DNA of 61,465 nt, the filler included, from Sphacelaria rigidula (taxonomy: Eukaryota): assembly GCA_964200075.2 (NCBI GenBank). It is 6 parts of 6 records of this genome, joined end to end, with 100 filler letters (N's around TTAATTAATTAA, not from the genome) between each part and the next. Parts side by side here need not be neighbours in the genome. Positions count along the whole stretch, not along the records: positions 51,307 to 61,465 come from CAXNAA020007012.1; 5 more parts are not named here. One strand, given 5' to 3'. Under the pieces are notes generated by a model that was given only the letters and a program-made list of their open reading frames with translations, was not told where the DNA came from and searched no databases. The number at the start of each line of letters is the position of its first letter. Positions within the stretch are counted from its first letter, which is position 1. The translations under genes were made by a program, and so were the position numbers. Shown piece after piece: positions 51,207 through 61,465 of the stretch.

Positions 51207-51610
51207 NNNNNNNNNNNNNNNNNNNNNNNNNNNNNNNNNNNNNNNNNNNNTTAATTAATTAANNNNNNNNNNNNNNNNNNNNNNNNNNNNNNNNNNNNNN
51301 NNNNNNGGCTGACCGGTTACCAACACCAAGGGCGGGACGTACGAGGGACCAAACGCGCGAGGCCACGGGGTCGGCACACGCACGAGGCGAAACGCTGGAG
51401 GCCAGCGGAGTGAAGGAGAGGAAAAAGAAAGCGGAGATGGCGCTGGCGGGAATAGCGGAGGACAAATGCTCAATCATGGAGATGATCACCGCGGCAGCAG
51501 GACAGGTGGCCGGACAAGGCGCAATCGTTTCGACCTAACACGAGTTAGCTGAGAACGAGTTTTTTTGTTTTGTTGCCGAGGAAAACAGAGTAGGGCAACC
51601 TGAATTCGGT

Positions 51611-53216
51611 TTGCGTTCACCGGTTGGCCTAAATGTAAGCGAAATGGAGGCAGCACCAACCAGTATGGATTACATCGCAAAATCAGAACTTCGAGAGGCG
51701 TGGTTAGGCGCGATGCAGGCCGAACTAGGAGGTCATGAAAAGTCTGGCACATTTTCGACTGGCCCTGTACCGGAAGGAGTAAACGTGATTTCAGCGAAGT
51801 GGGTTTTTAGTTGGAAGACTGACGCAGATGGTACTATAACGAAGGCAAAGGCGGGGTTGGCGGCACGAGGATTTCGACAACGTGTTGCATTCGACTGTTT
51901 CGAGACTTTCGCGGCAACGCCCTCCATGGCCTCCATCAAACTGGTCGTGGCAGTGGTAGTTCAGGAAGAGTGGCCGCTGTATCATTTTGACGTGACACAA
52001 GCTTTCGTTCAAGCAGAGATCGATACCGACGAGTACATGAGGTTGCCTGAAGGATGCTCCGTTTTGACAGACGTGATCGTCAAGCTTGAAAAATCTTTTT
52101 ACGGGATCAAGCAAGCGGGTAGGCAGTGGTCTCGTCTTCTGTGCCAAACTTTCCTAGAGGATGTCAGGATGGTGCAGTGTGAGGCTGACCCATGTGTTTT
52201 CAGGATGGAGGATGCAGGAGACGTGCGTGTGATTTTAGTTGTCCATGTGGACGACATCCTCATCAGTGGTTCTGAGGAATACGTAGGAAAGGTGGGACAA
52301 ATCCTTAACAAAACGTTCCCCACGAACAATCTCGGAGGGGTCACCTGGTACATGGGGTGCGCAGTGGATCGAGACTGGGATAGAGGCACGCTGTCTGTGA
52401 CGCAAAATCACGTTCACGGACACGCTCCTGAAGCGTTTTGAGGTGAGGGGGTACTCGGAAATCCCTGCCTCTGTTTCTGTAAAGTTGGGGCCGACAACGG
52501 GCGAAGACGAAAAGGTGAATTGCCCATACCGTAACGTAGTGGGGGAGGTTGATGTGGCTGGCAATAGTCACCAGACCCGACATCGCGAATTCGGTACGAG
52601 CGCTTGCTCGCCAGTCGCATGACCCATGCGAGAGGCACTGGGAAGCTGTGATGAAAGTGCTCAAGTATCTCATTGAGACGAAGGAGGTTGGACATACGTT
52701 CAAGAAAGGCCACGATAGGCTCTCAGTCTACTGTGATACAGACTACGCTAAGAAGGAAACGGATAGGCGTTCGGTATCAGGGGTAGCCGTAATGTATGTA
52801 TGGTGGTGGTGTAGTGTTGGCAACGAGCCGCACGCAACACTGCGTAACTCTGTCAACTACGGAGGTAGAGTATGTTGCAATGGCCGAGGGGGCAAAGGAG
52901 GGACTGTTAGTAGAGGCAGTGTTGATGTTCCTGCGACCGCAGACTGTGTCGGGATGCGGGGAAGACCAAGGTATTCTTTTGTATGAGGACAACGAGGGAG
53001 CAAAAGCTCTGGCCGAGAATCTTCTCAGTTCCAATCGGAGTAAGCACATAGACGTGAGATATCACTTCATTTTAGGAGCTGGTGGGGACGGGAAAGGTCA
53101 GGGTCGTGCATGTAGGTTCAGGATGGCGGCATACTGATATTTTGACGAAGCCTCTCTCGATCAGCCTGTTCACGAGGCACAGACGGTTTTTGATGAACTT
53201 GGAAGGTGACAAGTAG
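51611..53216 (+). mobile_element. Decayed Ty1/copia pol: RT and RNase H
   Basis: RT motifs VISAKWVFSWK, KAKAGLAARGF, FDVTQAF, LEKSFYGIKQAGRQW and VHVDD. TRPDIA...YCDTDYA..DRRSVSG, LSTTEVEY, YEDNEGA and SKHIDVRYHF. Frameshifts near 52410, 52540, 52795 and 53075. PPT-like GACGGAGGGGGGGG at about 53527-53541. Confidence 0.95.
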
Positions 53217-53859
53217 GTGCGTTTTTTTTTGTGGGTACCATTGTGCTAGCGCCGGGGATTTTCAGGTGTTTGAGTGATGCGCTTATGCGCATTTTGGGTG
53301 AAGCCACCCACGCTACTTTGATGGGCATGGGTTTTGTAGGGCGTTTCCTGACATGACGTGTATCTGCCTTGACCGGCGTCCATGGATTATCTAGATGGAG
53401 CACAAGCTGTTGAGGGGTGTACTCATGATCATGCATGCCATAGTCATCAGACCATTGACCTCGCATCCCTACAAAGCCGGGATGGACCGCGCCGGGTTTT
53501 CGCCGGACCAGGCTCGTAAACCTGTTGACGGAGGGGGGGGGTTGCTCGAATGGCCGGGTTTCCCCCTTACAACTTTTGTTTTTGAGAGAGAGAAAGCCAC
53601 GACGACTGATGTACCGGTTCAGAGGGGGTGTTCATGTGAACGGGTACACTGAGTGAATATACACATGTGCGGATAGATTGATGCCGACGCACGGGTACTG
53701 GTAGTCGAGTGTGTGTGACTACAGTACCACGCCCAGGCCGGCTACTGCGCTGCCGACTGAGCTCACTCCACATCTGATCCCTCCATAATAGGGTCGACTA
53801 CGTCAAGGCATTCTCCAAAAACATGAAAGATAAAACTATCTATTCTTCGCCACGGGTCA

Positions 53860-54918
53860 CGGAATAGCGCTAAATTATGTTGTGCGAGGTGGGAGAACCT
53901 CGATTCCGTGCAAAGGGAATGATCGTACTACGCAGTGTTTAGATGGTGAGACACCGATGAAGCAGTGTGGAACCCGTGGCTGTCTCTAGAGGTGGCAATA
54001 CCAGAAAATGAAGCAATATTTTGAAGGCTGTCATCCAAACGCAAGATAATCAATGCGCTTCGGGCCAAACAATATTTGCAGGATGCATCTCACGCTTCAT
54101 GCGACTCGCCCAACACATCACGGCGCTTCGCACTTGATGATTGATTGCGAGCCTGGTCCGGCGAAATCCCGGCGTGCTCCGTCCCCGCGTTGTAGGGAGT
54201 CGAGGTCAACAATAATATGACTACGGCCTGCAGATTCATGAGTACACCCCCCACCTTCTCGTAGACCTTCTCTGTCTCGAGAGGGATGCGTGGCCAATGA
54301 GCAATCGACAAGTTCAAGCAACAAATGAGTACCCCAGTTTCAACCCGGTTCGGCGAGAACCCGGCGTGCTCCGTCCCGGCTTTGCCGGGGCGGACCCCCG
54401 ATGGGGTTGGCGTCGGTTGGCGATGACGCTATGAACACGCCACTGACTGCGTAAGCTAGGAAATCAGGTTACCGGTTTTTTGCGCGCTTGCATTTTTTTG
54501 CGGTAAACATGATGGCAGTCAAGCTAGATCATGTTGTGCGGCGTGGGAGAACCTCAACTCCGCACAATGGCGATGATCGTACTACGTAGTGTTTACATGG
54601 TGAGGCACCCATGAGGCAGTGTATAGGCCGTGGCTGTCTCTGGAAGTGGCGGTACCAGATAAAGCAACTCATCGTAGGCTGTCATCCAAGTGCAAGATAA
54701 TCAGTGTGCCTCGGGCCGAACGATCTTGCTCAGCAGGATGCAAGCTCACCCTTCATGCGAGTCGCCGAACACACCACGGCGCTTCGCGCTTGGTGATTGA
54801 GTGCGAGCCCGGTCCGGTGAAAACCCGGCATGCTCCGTCCCGGCTTTGTAGGGATGCGAGGTCAATGGTCTTGTGTTATGACTATGGCATGCACGATCAA
54901 GAGTAACCCCCCCCCCCC
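53860..54918 (+). mobile_element. Two tandem copies of repeat family A (53860-54252, 54342-54918)
   Basis: Both end ...GAGTA(C)A + C tract. The first is shorter at its 5' end. Confidence 0.8.
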
Positions 54919-55052
54919 GCCGTCCTCGTCGTAGGGTCACTCTCCTCACGTTCTCGAAGGACTAGTCGGACACGAATCATCACGAGTCACGAGTCCTTGG
55001 ATGCATGCAAGATCCATCGTTCATCATGTGTACTGTGATCTGCTTTCCTCAC

Positions 55053-58000
55053 CTGCAGGCGATGGTCTGCCTTCATGCTCTCGAAGTACTGCACAACGCC
55101 TGCTCTATCCATTGAGCTGCACGCCAGCGAGGCAAGCATCATCTGCGGGATCATGGATTGGGGAAGAATCGCGGATCAACGTATCGTGTTCATTTCTTCA
55201 TGGGACAAGTCATGTACGTCTGCATGACAGCGGTCCGATTTTGCCGTCGCTTTGGCAACACGTATAGTTGCCTCGAGACAATCTAGTTTTGTAAGGAGTT
55301 TTAACTGTTGTCGCGTTCTCCGCTACGTGTACGCAGCACGGTCATCTACAAAAACTATTCTTACAAACGACGCAGTATATTCTTGACTGAGAACAACGTT
55401 TGAATCTGTTGCACTTTTGATGATGATAAATGTAGGTGAGTAGCAAAGCACAAATCCATTGTTTGTCAGGTGTTTGGTAACCATTTATTGGAAGTGTGCA
55501 GGGCAGAAATCCCCATCTCAGCTGAACTGTCATATTCACGACTTATAGCTGAAGTCGTCGCGCTTTAAAGCGAAATACGGAGGCAACGCTGACTACATGT
55601 CGTGTACCAGATGCATTTGCATAGTCAGTGGTGATGTAGAGACTACGTTCTTCTCCGTGAGCTAGTACGGTACATACACAAACGGTTTACTCAGCCATCC
55701 AGAAGAGAGGGCCGATCAACAATCAATTTCATTGTAGTTCCTGGCGGTATATGTTGGGCAAGCGTGGGTCTGGGGAATCAGCCAGGAAGTCCCAATAAAT
55801 AGCTGCAACCATACCGGCAGGTTGGCATCACATTTGGGCAAACGATGGATCCAGGTATTGCCTAGACACTTCGTATGGTCTGCACCGCGATACATCAGTG
55901 TGGATGCACAGCCATGTGATTGGCCGATACCGCCGCATTCTCAATCTTGGCGAGGAAGACAGACAGGTATGCTCGAGGCTGTCGCCATACCTCCGAAACC
56001 GATGATCAAGCGTCCGACTCTCTTCGAGCCCGGCGGAGACTTCCCGAACACCACATGTGTTCTTTTCAACAAGAACGGCAGTCAAGTCAAGTCAAGCCTA
56101 TTTGTTTTCTTGTTTGTTTCAACGGCCTTTCTCCATCCCTTAGGATCATCCCTTAGGATCATCCCTTAGGATGAATCCGTACTGTCAAGAGATCAATTCA
56201 TCTTTCTCGCAGTACACACCTTACACTTTAGTATCGCGGATTGTACCAGCAGTTCCATACCGCACTGACTGTCGTGAACGAAATTTCCAGGGTTCTGTTC
56301 TGTACGAGTGCAGGGTGTTCCCGGAAATACGGGATTTGCGGTTGACATAACAAATTTCCCCCGGGCACCCTGTGTTTGTGGGATCAACTATGTTTTACTA
56401 TAGGATGGTGACCCCAAAAAAATCGGGGGAGTGGAGGTCGGATCTATATAAAAATGCAAGTGAATGGTATAAAAAAAACGGGAAACCGGGGAAACCGAGC
56501 CCCCATTACTTAGGCTTTCTTTTGATTCGAAGGCTTTTTTGTGGGCCAGGGACAAGGTACACACACCAGCCTGGCAGTGACATCACTCCCGACGACAGCC
56601 CCCCCCACTGGTCCTTCGGATGTGGTCAATAAATTTCGCCTCGCCCTGATTGGGCAGGTCGCTCCCAGACTTGTTCATTATTATTTTACTAATACATGGT
56701 GAGCGCCTTGTTATTAAAAAGCTTCAGTACCGAAAGGGTTAATAAAACATATCGAAATGTGTACAGAAAATTCCGGTATGGTCCGGCACAATGTCGGCCC
56801 TTGTTGAGAGTACTTGAAGAGTATTTGCGGATAAATTCCTCTTTTATGCTTTTTTAAGTACCCGAATTTCAGCCGGCATATCCTACTAAAACACTACCTC
56901 GGGAATTTTCTTCGAGCTACTCGTATGACGTCACGTTCCCCTACGACGGAGATCAGGTACTTGTTAATAAAAAAACTAAACTCACATCTTCCTCGAACAG
57001 AAACCGCAATTTTCCGCCCTACCTACGGTTTCAGTTTCACAATTTAGACCAGCGGCGGCGCCGCGGCACCATGTTCGTAGCCCGAAGTATATCTACACTT
57101 GAATCTTTGCGATCCTTTCCTCTCGCATTTCTGTACCCAACGGGGGACTTGGCATTACTCAACCCCCCGCGGCCCGACTTCTATTTCCAATTTTCAAAGG
57201 TAACGAAAGCACTTGCCCCATCATCGATTTGGAATTTGATATGGACACGAATTGCAAAAACTGGAAATGTCGTGTAACGAACCCGTCCCTGATTCACAGT
57301 TCATGAGGGACATGACTATGCCCGAGGCTAACCCTAGCCTTAATCCTTAAGAAGTGCCTAGGTGCTCAAGTCTCGAGGATACTTCTCCGAGCGTGGCTAC
57401 ACCCATACATCCTACTTTGAAATCAAGTGCCTTTACATGTCCCCTTCAAGTTAGGCTGAAACGATCTCGAAATCCGGCCAGTCCAACGTCGTCACTCGGG
57501 GAAAGAAACGAAGAGAGTTTTGTCCACCGGATCTGCCGACAGGTTCAGAGATGAAGTGATTCTCGCAATGATGCTGGGAATCCAGTGTTATACCTCCTCA
57601 TTTGAAAAAACAAAAGAGCGATATTTGTGTCCGCCGGGAAGATATGTAGGCAGACGAATTCGATGATATTATGCCTCAATATCCTTGCTCAGATGCAAGG
57701 AAGACGTCACAAGGAAACACAACACGTACTATACACACGGACCCCCGGAAACACATGGACACCAACCTACCCCGCCACAAAGGACGGGTATAAAAACTGC
57801 CTTTGTATATCCGTCACCCCTCCCCATCCGACTCACTTGAGAAGCCTGGGATGCGGAAATCATGCCCCCCCCCCTCCTCCCCGGGCACCCAACGATATAC
57901 CCTGCCTCGTGCCGGACACAGACCCGCTACACGCTTATATTTATGTCCCTTATTTCTATATCCTTCACCTCTCTCATTCCGAATCACTCGAGAAGCCTAG

Positions 58001-58258
58001 GATGCGGAACTCATCTTCCACCTTTGGAGACCCTAAGACATACCCCACCTCACCTACCCTGCGCACGCCGGACGGGTCGTCAGCCCCCCTTCGGCGAAGA
58101 CCCCTTACATATATACACATATGTGTATATTCACTCACCTCGACTTTAACGTCCTCCGCCATGTTGGAATTTCCACATAGGTACACGTGGCAGTGCGGGT
58201 TGCTCAACAGGTCCCACACCCTTCGCCGTCGCTTGGCGATGAGATGTTGTACGTACAC
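55053..58258 (-). CDS. C-terminal NADPH-binding exons of a diflavin reductase, NOS-like (exons 58139-58258 and 55053-55142)
   Basis: ttgtag|GTG...GAG|gtgagt joined to ccgcag|ATG...CAG|gtgagg (phase 0) gives VYVQHLIAKRRRRVWDLLSNPHCHVYLCGNSNMAEDVKVEMMLASLACSSMDRAGVVQYFESMKADHRLQ. This matches the YVQ / HxYxCG..MAxDV / terminal-helix pattern of the CPR-NOS family. Confidence 0.8.
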
Positions 58259-61129
58259 CTACAAGATCGCAGGGAACCATTGATGCCGTCGACATGAAGA
58301 ACGAGGGGTCAGCAGGGGAAGGGGGGGAGGGAGGGGTTATGAGACAGGGTACTGCAACAACTCTTGTTATGGTGGGCCTTAAAGTTGTCGCAGAGAGAAA
58401 GGAAACCCGTCAACATAAAAAGTAAAAGAAAAAGCCACGGAAACGTGCTCTTCTCTTGTCTTCTGCATCCTGTGTACGTTTTCCGAAACATATTGAGCGG
58501 GTGATGAATCACCAAAGCTTCGGACTCCGAAAACGACTGCCGTCGACAAGACCTGATTGAACCCGGCCTCATTTTGAGCAATACTCCACACCGTGGACAG
58601 AATAATACATTTTCAGAATAATTGTACTGCGTACAGTATGGGATTTTTTTCCTGTTGCAATAGGCGAAATAGCCGATACTGTACGCAGCACACTTTTGAA
58701 CAACGTAATCTTTTGTCATCATCCAAGGTGTGCAATACCCACAGGGGGCAGAGTGCAATACCTCTGCTTGCAAGTTATGTCTGGGGCGCATCCAACGGAC
58801 TAGGAAACCTCCAACATAGACGAAGAGTACTCTGCGGATAGTGACCAATATTTTGAGCGAGGCATGTACTACGAACACGGACACAATTGACTCGACAAGA
58901 GATTCGAAAATCTCACGAGCGTAGTCACCGTGAAAATGATTAAAACAATTATCTACAACATTTCGATTTCTCGGAAAGTGACAGCAACGCAGCTTACTTG
59001 GTTTACTTCGAATGACGCGGGCCAGGGCGTAGGACGTGGTGAGCTACGATTTGAAGTAATACGCACCAGACCTATGAAAGGATATTCCCGTGCATGGCAC
59101 GTGTGGGGACAATGTTTTTTCAGGTCTACACAAGATACATCTATATTGTTCGAACTTCCCATTTCACTTCGCATACCTTTCCGGTGTTCCATACGTCATC
59201 CACGATTACGGCACTGAAAATGAAACGCACACAGGAAATTTGTTTAAAACGACCAACGATGGATATGGATCTTCTGGAAGGACTAATGCCGATGCCCCCC
59301 CCCACAAAAAGTGCACCGGAGACCGTCCGACAAACCGGCTGCGATCCCACTATTGGGCTCGTTTGCAGCAATTTCGTCGCCATGAGAGGCGTGTAGCAGT
59401 CGGAAATCAGCTGAAACGCCCAAATGAGTCGCGCCGTGCAGCACGAAACCAGCCCTAACGGCAGTTATGATCATCGCCTCCGTGTACGTTTTTGACCGGT
59501 TCGGGGGGGGGGGGCTATCTCGGCTGCAGTCGAAGACACACCCCTTTTCTCATGCACTTCAGCATACTGTCTTCCGCTTCTCCGTAAGGCTTCAAAGCAA
59601 CACAAAAAGACATGCCAACCCAGTCATCCGACAACCACAACAAACCCCTATCCCACCTCAATGTTACCACTTGTGCCCCTTCTCTGCACAGAAATCGATC
59701 AGAAATAACATAGACGTAATTCACGTGTTTGCCGTGGTGTGGGGTCACAGAAACAGAGATTTAAAAGCTGTATCGATGTACCCACCTTCTCTCCGGTTCT
59801 GGAGTATGCCGTGTGGAGCATGTTCACAACCCCGTCTCGCGCCCATTTTTCCATCCTGTCGACGTGCAGAAACTGCAAACGTCACGAGGACACCAGGGGG
59901 AGACGCAGAGAAACGACAAACAAGTAATCAGAGAGGTGGAAGGCTACGCGGTTTGATCACTCCCTATCTTGTACCCGACGAGAAGTTGGTGCAGGATACC
60001 CGCGGAGCGTAAGTAGGGTTTTCTATTCCTGCGCAGTGTAGATGAGGTTTGGTATTTTCTCGCGTGATATCTGTGTGAACCAGATGAAGACGGTACGTGT
60101 GCTGGCCAGGGGGTGCAGTATTTCACTGGTGTGCCGGGGAAGAAGGCATCGAAGCACACGATGTAGCGCATTCACACGAGCTTTGAAACGAGGGCAGTGG
60201 GAGGATTGTCTTGTACGGGAACTGCATCCTCCGCCTCTCACATCCTATCCTTACTGGTAGCCTTGCATCTGACGGGATTGGATGGTTTCCATTTGATATT
60301 TTTCGGCCGCGATATTTCACATCACTTCCGCTCCGCATCAGGGAATATTGTCACGATATATCTCGAAGAGAGACGCATCACTCCGCTGAGAGATGTCGAG
60401 CTCATTTTTTCGATCGGTGAGGCTCCCACGACGTGAAACTGACCACACGATAAAAGTCTGGCTGGAAAGCGCGAAGCGGGAAATGGCGATGTGCATGTTT
60501 TCGCGAATATCAGACCATTTCGTATGGATTGAAGACGGTTTAGATCACAAGTCCCAGTTGTGACGTTTTGGCAGTGTGTTTCGAGCGAAACAACAGCTAG
60601 GCGGATAGTGCCACCTCATGTTGACTTGCTCTGCTATCGGAGAGGGATCTAGCGCCCTTCGACGATCAAAGTTGCGCGCACTTTGACGTATTGGCTTGCA
60701 CACTGAGCTGCACAAGCCCCGCAGATCCACGGACGTGATCGTCACTTACTTCTACGGCGAACTAAACGTAACAAGGTCCTTTCCAATTACATAGCTTCAA
60801 TGGAAGATGAAGGCCTCCAGTACTAAAACATGTTTTCGTCGTGGAAATCGAAAATATTTTCATACACTGTAAACAAATGTCGATAGCATGACTGAACCTC
60901 CGGCCGTGTCTTATCGAGACACAACAAATCACCGTTCGCCTGTGATCGGCCTTGGCAATACCACCACCCCTCCCCACGAAACCAAATGAAGAACCTCAAC
61001 AGATGTGAATAAAATCTCTGGCGTCGGGCACTCGTGTGTTTCGAAATCAGTTGGGCTGTCGGAGAAATCAAGTTCTTCACACGGGATCCTGAAAGCGCAG
61101 CATAACCACTCTACTTCACTACTGATACC

Positions 61130-61465
61130 TTCACCCCCCATGAGGTTGGCGTCGGTAAGCACGACGCTGCAAAACACGCCGCTCACTGCGTCAGCTAGGC
61201 GACCAGGTTGCGGTTACCTTATGCGCTTGGGTGTTCCATTGCGGTAACCATGATGGTGGTCGAGCTAGATCATATTGTGTGCGGCGGGAGAACCTCTCCT
61301 CCCCGCAACGGGGATGATCATCCTACGTCGTGTTGAAATGGTGACACACCCATGAGGCATCGTGGAACCCGTGACTGTCTCTGGAAGTGGCGATACCAGA
61401 AAATAAAGCAACTCATTGAAGGCTGTCATCCAAACGCAAGATAATCAGTAGGCTTTGGGCCGAAC
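61130..61465 (+). mobile_element. Repeat family A copy, cut by the window end
   Basis: Matches 23270-23580 and 54400-54720. Confidence 0.8.

Noticed and set aside
53418..53516. 3' LTR of the copia element (starts TG after a purine run)
   Set aside because: It is a ~100-bp inverted fragment of family A with duplicated flanks. Other copies retain the C tract and vary at the far end, unlike solo LTRs.

Overview
This is eukaryotic, intron-rich, repeat-dense DNA. It most resembles a brown alga (Phaeophyceae, Ectocarpus-like); that assignment is an inference from gene structure and TE types. The window is not one locus. It is six scaffolds of 10163, 10163, 10160, 10160, 10160 and 10159 bp (1-10163, 10264-20426, 20527-30686, 30787-40946, 41047-51206, 51307-61465), joined by 100-nt N44-TTAATTAATTAA-N44 spacers. 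The lengths are size-sorted, so linkage across spacers means nothing. Genes found by hand splicing: a coiled-coil protein gene; a fungal-type Zn(II)2Cys6 transcription factor whose zinc cluster is split by a 6.7-kb intron, head-to-head with exon 1 of a PP4R1-like HEAT gene; exons of an unknown gene; and two C-terminal exons of a diflavin NADPH reductase with NOS-type motif spacing. Mobile DNA includes a decayed Ty3/gypsy element, a decayed Ty1/copia element, a tRNA-derived SINE family, a C-tract-terminated 5'-truncated retroposon-like family, and many MITE families (piggyBac-, PIF/Harbinger-, CACTA-, Tc1/mariner- and hAT-like). Most ORFs in the supplied track are spurious. No multi-gene novel system is demonstrable. 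The best leads are the NOS-like reductase, the C-tract retroposon family, the stacked TTAA MITE array and a decayed intronless ORF of unknown origin.
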